A stretch of DNA of 64,000 nucleotides from an uncultured Candidatus Saccharibacteria bacterium (GCA_964436165.1 CAYTBY010000001.1:6777-70776), one strand, 5' to 3'. Numbered from the stretch's first letter, positions 46,380 to 55,625 are shown. Program-made: numbers and translations. Notes: generated from the sequence alone by a model not told the origin.

Positions 46380-46964
46380 ATGACTGAAACCGAACTGGCT
46401 CTTTCGGAGAGTAATATTGACGGACGGCTTATTAAGAGTACTCGTTTTGAAGGTATTTTGGCCAATATCAAGGCTGAACAGGATAAGCACAATCAGGAAA
46501 TGTTGAAGGAATTTGAAAAAAATAAAACAAATGAACTGGTTCAGAATGAATTTCGTAAAATATTCAGATCAATTATGTCGATATATTTCTATTTAAGGAA
46601 GGTTCACAATATGGACAGAAGGGATTTATCTATTGAAGAATATGAGGCGACTAGAGATCATTTGAAAGAAATGGGAGTTAGAGAAGTAAATAAATTAAGG
46701 AACAGATTATTCGGTTCCTTGGGGATAAAAACCGGGTGGCATTATTATTTGGAATATGGATATTTCAAAATTGGCCGAACTCCTTTCGGGTGGTGGTATA
46801 GGTCTCATCCGCTATTTAGCCATGAAGGGTTTGATCCGTTTGAGAGATCTGATCAATTTAGTTCTGGTACCGGTAATTATAGTTATTGCATACCCCCCAA
46901 CATGAAAGTTTTAATGGAGGAATTATTTAAGAAACAAAGTTGCGGAGGAAAGGATTCAAATTGA
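46380..46964 (+). CDS. Hypothetical soluble protein, family Q member 3
   Basis: Colinear with 43508..44062. AAGGAGG RBS. Confidence 0.4.
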   Translation: MTETELALSESNIDGRLIKSTRFEGILANIKAEQDKHNQEMLKEFEKNKTNELVQNEFRKIFRSIMSIYFYLRKVHNMDRRDLSIEEYEATRDHLKEMGVREVNKLRNRLFGSLGIKTGWHYYLEYGYFKIGRTPFGWWYRSHPLFSHEGFDPFERSDQFSSGTGNYSYCIPPNMKVLMEELFKKQSCGGKDSN

Positions 46965-47002
46965 ATGCCATTTAAGATTAACCGAGTTGATTATCAGCGG
47001 AG

Positions 47003-47027
47003 CACTAAGCTCCGTTTTTTATTGAGT
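47003..47027 (+). terminator. Rho-independent terminator
   Basis: CGGAGC-actaa-GCTCCG followed by TTTTTT. Confidence 0.5.
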
Positions 47028-47056
47028 AAAGCCCAGGTTTCTGTTATTTTTATAAG

Positions 47057-48382
47057 GTGATAAATCTAGTATTGAATAGGCTCAATTACTACCGACAGAG
47101 TTTGTTTGTCAGGAATGTGGCGACATTGCAGGTAGGGAGTTTTGGGGGAACATTGGTTCAGGCGGTTTTTGGAATACTTATTGCCCGGCTCTTACAGCCG
47201 GAGCTTTTTGGTGTTTACAGCTTATCTATCGGTCTGGCCGCTTTAGCCGGTTTGCTTTTGGGGGCCGGAATGCAGGATGCGGTGGGGACTTTGGTCGGTT
47301 CGGCTTATGCTAAAAATGACAGAGAAGAACTACAAAATGCCTTGGCTTTTCTTTTAAAAATCACTTTCTATGCCGGAATTTTAACTTTAATTATTTTCTT
47401 TTTTCTTCCGTCGCTGACCGAATATTTTTATAGTAATTCGCTTATCGGCTGGTATGCCGGCATAGTTCTGCTGGCCGTCTTTTTTTCCACTTCTTTCAAC
47501 GCTGTAGTCCAGTTAAGTTTGCAGGTGGCCGGCAAAATTAAAGCCCTGGCTTTACTGGTTTTTGGCGATCAGTTTCTGCGGTCAGGGTTGTCGCTACTTT
47601 TGATATTTGTCGGCCTCGGTGTTTTCGGCGGAGTAAGCGGACAGTTAGTCGGTTCTATAGGTGTATTTATTTTTTCTATTTTAATGTGGCGGAAATTAAG
47701 GAAGGTTTATTCAATCTTTCCATCATTGACGGAGCTTTTTAACCGAACCAAAAGTGTCTCGGTATTTAAATATTTTGGTTTCAGTTTCTGGGTGGCGGTG
47801 GATAGGAATATGGGTAATTTATATATGGCTTTGCCGGTGGTATTAACCGGTATTTATGTCTCGACGGGAGAGGTGTCTTTTTTTAAGCTTGCCTTTGGTT
47901 ATCTTAACATTGCCTTGAGCTTACTCGGCCCCATATCAGTTCTTTTAAACATGGAGTTTCCCAAGATTCAGGTTGAAGATTCCCGTCAGTTGAGGAATAA
48001 CTTTATTAAGATTTCGGTGTTTGGTCTGGTTATTTCCATTGTCCTTACTCTTGCCGCTATTCTTGTATCTCCGTTGGCCTTCAGAATTTTATATGGTGAA
48101 AGTTTTCTGCCCAGCGTCAGCTATGTTTTTGGCCTGGCGGCCTATGGAGCGTTATATGGAATTGGCGTCGGTCTTGGGCCGATGTGGCGGGCGATAAACA
48201 AGGTTAAAGTTTCAATACTTATCAATATCATTATCTTGGGAGGAGGTATTCCGCTCGGCCTTTGGCTCATAAAGCACTACGGTCTTTGGGGTTCAGTTGT
48301 AATGGTGACACTTTGGTTTACTATTTCGCATTTGATATCATTTATTTATCTGATGAAAAAATTAAATAATCGGAATGTATAA
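47057..48382 (+). CDS. Polysaccharide biosynthesis protein, Wzx-like flippase (MOP superfamily)
   Basis: 441 aa, about 12-14 TM helices. N-terminal region typical of oligosaccharide flippases. Confidence 0.55.
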   Translation: MINLVLNRLNYYRQSLFVRNVATLQVGSFGGTLVQAVFGILIARLLQPELFGVYSLSIGLAALAGLLLGAGMQDAVGTLVGSAYAKNDREELQNALAFLLKITFYAGILTLIIFFFLPSLTEYFYSNSLIGWYAGIVLLAVFFSTSFNAVVQLSLQVAGKIKALALLVFGDQFLRSGLSLLLIFVGLGVFGGVSGQLVGSIGVFIFSILMWRKLRKVYSIFPSLTELFNRTKSVSVFKYFGFSFWVAVDRNMGNLYMALPVVLTGIYVSTGEVSFFKLAFGYLNIALSLLGPISVLLNMEFPKIQVEDSRQLRNNFIKISVFGLVISIVLTLAAILVSPLAFRILYGESFLPSVSYVFGLAAYGALYGIGVGLGPMWRAINKVKVSILINIIILGGGIPLGLWLIKHYGLWGSVVMVTLWFTISHLISFIYLMKKLNNRNV

Positions 48383-49478
48383 AAAACCAGCCATCATGTT
48401 AGTTATTGTTATCGGATCAGTGCTTATTTACTTTTTGATTGCTACACCCATAATGATGGATGACGGTACTCACTATGAAGGATTTACTGAGTCGTTGGCA
48501 ATGGGTAACTTGGATTTCAAATCTTTTTATGGTTTTCAGGGCCTGTCTATTTTATCGGTGCCGATATTTTGGCTTACTGGTTCGCACATATCAATTATCA
48601 TCACTTCCGCCATTTTGTATTTATTGGCTTTGCCTTTAGCATATTTTATTGGACGTAGTTATTATCAAAGCAATAGGGCTGGGTTTTATTTTGTGGCGTT
48701 GATTTTGCTTATGCCCTACACTTATACGACAATGATGCGAGGATTTCAGGAAGCGGGGCTTTTATTTTTTATTCTTCTTATCATTTACGGGGCAATTAGT
48801 AAAAAAACATGGACGCCTGTCTCATGGGCTGTCGGAGGAATTGTTAAACCTTTCGCCTTGGTCCTGTTCCCTCTTTTTGCCAAAGATTTTTTTGACCGGA
48901 AGAAAATTATCTGGATTATTGTTGCCGGTGCGATCGGCACTGCCTATTTGAGTGCTAGCTATTATCAAACCGGACATTTGATAAATAATGCGGCCATTAA
49001 TTCTTATCAAGGAAACTTTGATACCGGCAATCCTCCGCCCCTGACCGAGAGTTTCACCGTCGGCATAAAAGGATTTTTGAGGGTTGGAGCTAATTTATTT
49101 TTACACTATAGGAAAATTTTAATATCGCCGTTGATTATTATTCTTGGCGGTTTAACTCTGCTCCTAAAAAAAGACCTAAGATTGCGGAAGGAAATAATGT
49201 TGGCTATTTTATTAAATTTTATCTTGGTTGGAAGTTTGACGTTTTCTTTTTCAAAATATCTTTTACCGATGGCAGTTCTGCTGGCCCTGGTTTCGGTTAA
49301 TTATTTGTTAAAATATAAATGGCTGATGCCGTTAGTTCTAGCCGACTCCTTATTTATATTTCTGCCGATATGGGGCTATTTTGGCGTTGATTTTTGGAGT
49401 AATATCTACCTATATCTAGCCCCATATTATTTAGCTGTCTTTATCTATATTAGGACTTACGCGTTTGCCCAAGATTAA
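48375..49478 (+). CDS. Polytopic membrane protein (367 aa); possible glycan polymerase or GT-C-like enzyme
   Basis: About 10 or more TM helices. The last 9 codons and the stop lie inside MITE copy C. Confidence 0.3.
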   Translation: MYKKPAIMLVIVIGSVLIYFLIATPIMMDDGTHYEGFTESLAMGNLDFKSFYGFQGLSILSVPIFWLTGSHISIIITSAILYLLALPLAYFIGRSYYQSNRAGFYFVALILLMPYTYTTMMRGFQEAGLLFFILLIIYGAISKKTWTPVSWAVGGIVKPFALVLFPLFAKDFFDRKKIIWIIVAGAIGTAYLSASYYQTGHLINNAAINSYQGNFDTGNPPPLTESFTVGIKGFLRVGANLFLHYRKILISPLIIILGGLTLLLKKDLRLRKEIMLAILLNFILVGSLTFSFSKYLLPMAVLLALVSVNYLLKYKWLMPLVLADSLFIFLPIWGYFGVDFWSNIYLYLAPYYLAVFIYIRTYAFAQD

Positions 49479-49632
49479 GGCAAAATGCTTAAGTTTTTAT
49501 GAGACGTACTAGGAGTACGGCGAGTAAAAACTTAAGCATTTTAACGAAAAGATTGGGCAAACCCTTGCGGCTTGAGCTACGCTAAGCCCTATAGATTTTG
49601 GGCTTCGTAGCTCAAGCGCGTAAGTCCTATAT
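49451..49632. mobile_element. MITE-like structured repeat, copy C (182 bp)
   Basis: TA|GGACTTACGCG...CGCGTAAGTCC|TA termini. Three nested stem-loops, including a perfect 17-bp inverted repeat AAAATGCTTAAGTTTTT/AAAAACTTAAGCATTTT and a 12-bp inverted repeat GCTTGAGCTACG/CGTAGCTCAAGC. Confidence 0.55.
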
Positions 49633-49636
49633 ATTT

Positions 49637-50335
49637 ATGCAACGAGAATCAGTCGTTTTAATCCCAACTCTTAACGAGAGGAAAAATCTGGAAAAACTTA
49701 TTCCGGCGATATTTAGTTCTATGCCGGAAATTTCGGTTTTAGTCATGGACGATAATTCTGGCGATGGGACGGCCCAGTTTCTGAATTCTATTCAAGCCAG
49801 ATTTCCCAATCTATTTTTTTTAAATCGGGATAAGGATTTTGGCTACGGCAAGGCCTGTCTGGATGGTTTCAGGTGGGCGTTGGGAGGGGGATATAAACAC
49901 ATTGTGACAATGGACGCTGATTTTTCTCATGACTTTAAAAGCATTCCCGGTTTTCTTAATAAACTTGAGAATAATGATGTTGTCATCGGTTCGCGTTATA
50001 TAGCCGGAGGGAAGATAGAAAATTGGGGACTTCATCGTAGAATTTTAAGTAAAGCCGCCAATTTCTATGTCCGGACGATTTTGAATCTGAAAATTAAGGA
50101 CTTGACGACTGGTTTCAACGCTTACCGCCGAGAAATTCTGTCCAAGATAAATTTTGATGATATTAAATCCGACGGTTATGCTTTTTTGGTCGAGCTGAAA
50201 TACAAATTGTTCAAATCGGGTGCTAAAATTACTGAATATCCGATTACGTTTTACGAAAGACGGGAGGGCGAATCAAAAATGACCGGCAAAGTAATTTTAG
50301 AATCAATTAAAATGCCTTGGCGGTTGAGGTTTTAA
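49637..50335 (+). CDS. GT2 polyprenol-phosphate glycosyltransferase (dolichol-phosphate mannose synthase-like)
   Basis: VLIPTLNE and VMDDNSGDGT (DxD-like) are GT2 motifs. MDADFSHD has the DAD and the family-typical SHD pattern. The start at 49637 lies just outside the MITE. Confidence 0.8.
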   Translation: MQRESVVLIPTLNERKNLEKLIPAIFSSMPEISVLVMDDNSGDGTAQFLNSIQARFPNLFFLNRDKDFGYGKACLDGFRWALGGGYKHIVTMDADFSHDFKSIPGFLNKLENNDVVIGSRYIAGGKIENWGLHRRILSKAANFYVRTILNLKIKDLTTGFNAYRREILSKINFDDIKSDGYAFLVELKYKLFKSGAKITEYPITFYERREGESKMTGKVILESIKMPWRLRF

Positions 50336-50358
50336 AATATAAGTTTTATTATTGATCT

Positions 50359-52593
50359 ATGCGGGAATCCCTATTAGCCAAAATAATTACGTATCTTATT
50401 TACGCGGTTGCTTTTGTGCCGTTGATCATTTTTTCTGACTTTGTTTCGCCGTTTCATTTCGGCAAGGTTATTGTCTTTCGGAGTCTAGTCTATATTCTCA
50501 CAGCCTCTTATCTGTTGCTTATATTGAAGGACCGGTCATATCTTCCGAAAATGACAAAGGTAAGCTGGGCTTTTTTCTTTTTTGCGGCCGCTTTTTCAAT
50601 AACTACTTTTGCCAGCGTTCTGCCTTATGCAAGTTTTTGGGGAACGCTTGAAAGAATGGGCGGTCTTTTCACCTTCTGGCATTATTTCATTTATTTTATA
50701 ATTTTAACCGCCGTCTTTAAAACTGAAAAAAAATGGATGAGTTTATTCAACCTCGTAATTTTTATCGGCGTTCTCTCGGCCATTTACGGATTTGGCCAAA
50801 GAACGAATATAGAATTTTTTGTCGGTTCTGGCGGGCGCTCCAGAATATTCGGTACTATCGGCAACCCGGCCTTATTTGCCGGTTACCAGATTTTAGTTTC
50901 CTTTCTGTCGATGATGCTTGTTTTTCGTTCCGGCATCGGCCGTAATTTACGGCTTTTTTACGCCGGTTCCGGTTTGATTACGATGATTGCCGCTCTCATA
51001 ACTGCCGTCAGGGGATCAATTCTCGGCATTGGTATCGGACTGCTCGCTTTTGTACTTTTATATTCTGCGGCTTATAGGTCTAAAAAGGCAAAAAAAGCTT
51101 TCTTATTTATGATTGCTTTTTTGTTTTTATTTGTGGCCTCGGCTTTAATATTTAAGGACTCTTCTTTCGTAAAAAGGTCAGGTTATTTGAGCCGTATTAC
51201 CGATTTTTCTTTGACATCATTTACGGTACAAACCCGATTCTGGGCTTGGGAGGCTGGATTTAAGGGCTGGAAAGAAACGTCTAAAACAGTGCTTTTGGGT
51301 TGGGGGCCGGAGAACTTCAATATACCTTTTTCGAGACATTTTAACCCTAAGTTTTATGCCGGACCCGGCGCCGAAACACTTTTTGACCGGGCTCATAATA
51401 TGTTCGTTGAAATTACGGTAACGATGGGCCTTTTGGGACTGTTAGCGTATTTATGGGTATTCGGCGCGAGTTTAAAAGTTTTGTGGAGAAAAATACACAA
51501 TAAGGACACGATGCTTTACGGGATCGGTTTGATTCCTCTTTTAATTGCTTACGCTATTCATAATTCATTTATATTTGATACTTCGGCTAACTTTCTGACC
51601 TTTTTTACTATTTTAGGTTTTATATCTTTTCTGGCCTTGCCAAGACAGGCAGAAGAAAAGAGGGTTGTTCGCCGGCCCGAAGTTAATGACCTTGCGGTGG
51701 CTTTATCTGTTGTCGTCCTTTTTATTGCTGTTTTAGCGGCGATATATTTTATAAACGTTAAGCCGTCACAAGCTAATTATGCGACGACGCGGGCGATTGT
51801 CGCCGGTTGGGGAGGGGACTTTGACGGGGCGGTTGCAAAATACAAAGAAGCTATTTCTTATGATGTTCCCGGCAAGTACGAATACCGCCACAGATTCGGC
51901 CAGTATATACTCGAGAAGACCAGTTCCGGCAAATTAACCGATAAACAAAAAGAGATAATCTTATTTACTATCGGCGAGATTCAAAAAAACGTTGATGAAA
52001 ATAAAGTTGATTATCTGCCCTATCTTTACATAGCTCGGCTTTATATAATTCTTGGCAAAAATGATCCGGATTCGGAGTATAATAACCGGTCTCTAGATTA
52101 TTCTTTAAAGGCCTTGGAAATTGCGCCTACGTTTGTCCGAAGTTACTTTGAGGTAGCTCAGGCCTATTTGAATAAAAATGATCTCGATAAAGGGGCCGAA
52201 TACTTTAGAAAAGCGGCCGAACTCAATCCTGATGCCCGCATTTCCCGCTGGTATTGGGGGATAATCGAAGTAGAAAGGGGAAATGTCAATCTCGGCCTTG
52301 AAGTAATCGAGGGCGTTCTTAAGACTGGATATATTCTTTCAGAAGGTGATCTTAACCGGGTCTTGAATGTTTATGTAGCTAGGGGCGATCTGGCTAAGGT
52401 TACCTGGATATCCGAATTGTTAGTTGAGGTCAATCCGACCAAGGCCCAATACCGGGCCTCCCTTGCTTTTGCTTACGCCCGAATCGGAAAAATAGACGAG
52501 GCGGTTAAACAAGCCCATGAAGCGGTCAAAATTGATCCAGCGTTTGAATCCGAAGCCCGCTCCTTCGTCGAATCTCTCGGTAGAGAATGGTAG
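50359..52593 (+). CDS. O-antigen ligase (Wzy_C) domain membrane protein with C-terminal TPR repeats
   Basis: About 12 TM helices. The periplasmic-loop motif FDRAHNMFVE is typical of O-antigen ligase-like proteins. TPR-like repeats fall at 660-744. Confidence 0.6.
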   Translation: MRESLLAKIITYLIYAVAFVPLIIFSDFVSPFHFGKVIVFRSLVYILTASYLLLILKDRSYLPKMTKVSWAFFFFAAAFSITTFASVLPYASFWGTLERMGGLFTFWHYFIYFIILTAVFKTEKKWMSLFNLVIFIGVLSAIYGFGQRTNIEFFVGSGGRSRIFGTIGNPALFAGYQILVSFLSMMLVFRSGIGRNLRLFYAGSGLITMIAALITAVRGSILGIGIGLLAFVLLYSAAYRSKKAKKAFLFMIAFLFLFVASALIFKDSSFVKRSGYLSRITDFSLTSFTVQTRFWAWEAGFKGWKETSKTVLLGWGPENFNIPFSRHFNPKFYAGPGAETLFDRAHNMFVEITVTMGLLGLLAYLWVFGASLKVLWRKIHNKDTMLYGIGLIPLLIAYAIHNSFIFDTSANFLTFFTILGFISFLALPRQAEEKRVVRRPEVNDLAVALSVVVLFIAVLAAIYFINVKPSQANYATTRAIVAGWGGDFDGAVAKYKEAISYDVPGKYEYRHRFGQYILEKTSSGKLTDKQKEIILFTIGEIQKNVDENKVDYLPYLYIARLYIILGKNDPDSEYNNRSLDYSLKALEIAPTFVRSYFEVAQAYLNKNDLDKGAEYFRKAAELNPDARISRWYWGIIEVERGNVNLGLEVIEGVLKTGYILSEGDLNRVLNVYVARGDLAKVTWISELLVEVNPTKAQYRASLAFAYARIGKIDEAVKQAHEAVKIDPAFESEARSFVESLGREW

Positions 52594-52796
52594 AATTTAT
52601 TTCCCGCTCTCGCCATTCCTATTTCTCATCCGGTTCGCCGCATCAATAAATTACTACGATATTTACTCATTTTCTTGAATAAAAATCGGCTCCCTTCGTA
52701 AGACTACATCCCAATTTTGTATTCAATAAGAAAATATCGTAAATATCTTGAATTTGTATTGAAGCGGCTCAAAGGATTCGAAATAGAAATGGCTAT

Positions 52797-52849
52797 GCTG
52801 GAAATACTGCATTTCCAGAGTTGACATATAACTTGAGCCGTGCTATCAT
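52797..52849 (+). promoter_or_regulatory. Promoter with an adjacent operator-like palindrome: CTGGAAAT-actgc-ATTTCCAG, then TTGACA, a 17-nt spacer, and TATCAT
   Basis: -35 at 52821-52826 and -10 at 52844-52849. Palindrome at 52797-52817. Confidence 0.5.
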
Positions 52850-52897
52850 AGAACACGGTTAAAGATGGTTTTCAGTTACTTCACAAGGAGAAGAAGA

Positions 52898-53242
52898 ATG
52901 AAGACGACACGGATCATTGTCATACTGATTCTTGGACTATGTGTCCCAGCCCTGTCGGGCTGTAACAATCAGAAAATCTGTTCAAATGGTTTCTATGAAA
53001 TCAATGGTAAAGTTGTTAAAAAGGGCATAGCTGCGGAAAATAACCCAACTGGAATGACGGCGGGAACTTTCTGGGCTCGGGTGGGTGATGGCTATATTCG
53101 CTTCAAGGAAAGAAATACTTGGGAATCCACAGAAATCAACAAGTCATTTGTCGTAAAATTTGACTGTAGTGGCTGGGTAATCTCCATTATCCCCAGTATA
53201 GTCAACAAGGACTTCGTTGTTGTTGGGGATACTCTAAAATAG
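52898..53242 (+). CDS. Small lipoprotein (signal peptide with lipobox LSGC)
   Basis: MKTTRIIVILILGLCVPALSGC. AAGGAG RBS 7 nt upstream of the ATG at 52898. The table start at 52865 adds 11 aa. Confidence 0.55.
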   Translation: MKTTRIIVILILGLCVPALSGCNNQKICSNGFYEINGKVVKKGIAAENNPTGMTAGTFWARVGDGYIRFKERNTWESTEINKSFVVKFDCSGWVISIIPSIVNKDFVVVGDTLK

Positions 53243-53258
53243 CATCCATTCCTTTACA

Positions 53259-53285
53259 GAGCTCGTACTTGCGAGCTCTTTTTAT
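53259..53285 (+). terminator. Rho-independent terminator
   Basis: AGAGCTCG-tact-TGCGAGCTCT followed by TTTTT. Confidence 0.6.
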
Positions 53286-53344
53286 TACCTTTTAGGAGCG
53301 TGCTTTAGCCGCTTCTGGAATCGCCTCAGCGGGCAGGGTTAAAC

Positions 53345-53377
53345 AATTATGTTAAACATCGGATGTTTAACATAATT
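53345..53377. repeat. Perfect 16-bp-arm palindrome AATTATGTTAAACATC-g-GATGTTTAACATAATT
   Basis: Read directly. Lies in the convergent intergenic region. Confidence 0.5.
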
Positions 53378-53472
53378 ACTTAGAGCGAAGGAGCGGCGCA
53401 GTGAGAGCTCTCGCTGGGAGCTCGAACGGTAGCGAGAGGATATTCATATTTGCTGTAAATTCCATGGATAAC

Positions 53473-54867
53473 CTACCATCCAAACAACTTGCCAATCTCC
53501 TCTGGAGTTTCGCGTTTACGTGCGATTTTTATTTCGCCGTTTGAGGCGACTAATTTAGCCGGACTTGATAAGAGGCAATGATGGGAAGCAAAAGAATCCT
53601 GATAAGCGCCGGTATCAGTGAAAGCGACATAAAGTTCGTCCACGTCTTCAAGGCGGGGGAGAAGGACATGTCTTCCGCTCGAAGTATATCGGTCATCGCT
53701 GTCACAGCTTGAACCGGCCAGCCAGACTTTTTGGAGTTTTTTAGAATTAAGATTATTGATCGGAATTATATTCCATTTTTGACGGCGGACAGACCAGGTA
53801 TCAGCTAAGTCATTAATAAAACTTCCATCAACAAAATACCATCTGATGTCGGTCTTATTGGTAATCGACTTTTCAGCCAGTACTTTATAAATAGTTATTT
53901 GAGCCGGACCGACAACATAGCTTCCCCATTCGCTTATTATGTTGGGATGTTTTACGCCCAATTTATCGCACTCATTCTTAGCCCCCTTTACAAGTTGGTT
54001 GATTAAATTTTTCAGGGAATAGAGTTTTTTTCTTTTTTCAAAAGGTATTCCGACTCCGCCGCCGATATCGATCGTATCAAGACCAGGATTCTTTTCTCTT
54101 AAAGTTTTATAAATGCCGATGGCTCGTTTTAATGGTTTAACGAAATCCTCAATTTTTTCTATTTGGCAGGAAAGATGGTAGTGGAGGATCGAGAGATTGC
54201 GTATTTTGCCCAGCTTAAGCAGTTCTTCCTCTGAAAAACCAAAGTGATTATACTTTTTGTCAAAGTGGGCGTTTATTTTAACGGCCAGATCAACCCGGAT
54301 GCCTATCTCGCCTCTGAATTTTTTCAGCCGGTCTAATTCTGCCTGATTTTCAATTACCGGAATGACTATCAGCCCCTTATTTTTTAACTCTTCAATGAGG
54401 GCAATGTATTTTTCTGTTTTCGGGCCATTGCAGGTAACCCGTATCTTTCGGTTGAATTTCTCTTCCTCAATCATCCGCTTTACCAGATACAGCTCATTAA
54501 CACTTGAGACTTCTATATTTGCCCCTTCAGCGATAGCCGGCAGAACAAATTCCTTATTTTGATTGACCTTCATTACATAATGGTAGAAAAATTTGCCCTT
54601 GTAGTTCAGGATTTTAATATAGGCGTTAAAAGTATCAATCAGGTCGCGGACTCTGTTCTCGATTATAGTTGGAAAAAGAATCTCAGTACTTGTTCCGTAC
54701 TTTTTAATGACGTCATAAATATTGTATTGGAAGTTTCCTTCTCTGACGATCAGCTCGCCGTCGGGGCTGATGTCGAAGTTCTGGGTGTTTAATTCTTCAA
54801 AACCAAATTTCCAGAACTTCTTGAACCCATTTTTCTTTTTTCGCTTCCGGCCTTTTCGTTTATCCAT
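53473..54867 (-). CDS. Fold-type III PLP-dependent decarboxylase (Orn/DAP/Arg decarboxylase family; SpeA-like)
   Basis: YVMKVN resembles the PLP-lysine motif (YAVKAN-like). GGGVGIPF is a glycine-rich phosphate loop. Lys-rich N-terminus. Confidence 0.55.
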   Translation of the reverse strand: MDKRKGRKRKKKNGFKKFWKFGFEELNTQNFDISPDGELIVREGNFQYNIYDVIKKYGTSTEILFPTIIENRVRDLIDTFNAYIKILNYKGKFFYHYVMKVNQNKEFVLPAIAEGANIEVSSVNELYLVKRMIEEEKFNRKIRVTCNGPKTEKYIALIEELKNKGLIVIPVIENQAELDRLKKFRGEIGIRVDLAVKINAHFDKKYNHFGFSEEELLKLGKIRNLSILHYHLSCQIEKIEDFVKPLKRAIGIYKTLREKNPGLDTIDIGGGVGIPFEKRKKLYSLKNLINQLVKGAKNECDKLGVKHPNIISEWGSYVVGPAQITIYKVLAEKSITNKTDIRWYFVDGSFINDLADTWSVRRQKWNIIPINNLNSKKLQKVWLAGSSCDSDDRYTSSGRHVLLPRLEDVDELYVAFTDTGAYQDSFASHHCLLSSPAKLVASNGEIKIARKRETPEEIGKLFGW

Positions 54868-54941
54868 TTATTACTTTTATTATATACTAAAACAAAACTT
54901 TGCAAAACAAAAATCCCGCATTAGGTCGGGATTTTATCATC

Positions 54942-55613
54942 TCATCTGGAGATATTTATTTTAGGATTGTATTTGCCAATCTTTTTGCTTAAGTTTCGTA
55001 TTCGATTAGCCATTGAGTCCAGTCGCCTATCTTCCCATGCCTCCGCTACTAACCGCACAAGTATTCCCAATAATACAACTAATAACACGATTGAACCGGT
55101 TGTCACTAATGTCCAAAATAAGTATTTGTATAAGAGCCATGTGTATAGCACTATACCCACGGGTATAATCGGCACAATCGATATACGGTCAGCGATTGTC
55201 GGAAGATATATTTGTTTAGGGTTTATAAATAAAGGATTTTCGCCTTCACTCATGACATCAAAACTAGGAATAGGATAATATCCAAATAGCAGCATAAATG
55301 GCGCGTATAAGATGATTTTCACTGTTTCCCACAAAATTAGAATCGGCCAGCCCAGTAGAAGCATGAAGAATATCTTTGTCCAATATGAAAAGAAGTTTTG
55401 GGCCAGATTGCCGTAATCCGGACTGCGACTAAACTTTTTAAATGGATAAGCGACTCTTCCATGCCAAGAGCTAATCCTGATTACGGGTTTTCCCGTTATC
55501 GGATCTTTTAAAAGAGTGCTTATAAAAATAAAGAATAAAGCGCCCAAAAATATATAAGCGCCGATATTTATAAGCAGAAGAATTTTTATTGTCTCCAATA
55601 TTGTCTCAAACAT
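54942..55613 (-). CDS. Hypothetical 5-6 TM membrane protein
   Basis: ORF plus hydrophobicity. Confidence 0.3.
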   Translation of the reverse strand: MFETILETIKILLLINIGAYIFLGALFFIFISTLLKDPITGKPVIRISSWHGRVAYPFKKFSRSPDYGNLAQNFFSYWTKIFFMLLLGWPILILWETVKIILYAPFMLLFGYYPIPSFDVMSEGENPLFINPKQIYLPTIADRISIVPIIPVGIVLYTWLLYKYLFWTLVTTGSIVLLVVLLGILVRLVAEAWEDRRLDSMANRIRNLSKKIGKYNPKINISR

Positions 55614-55625
55614 TCGTTTTCTCCT

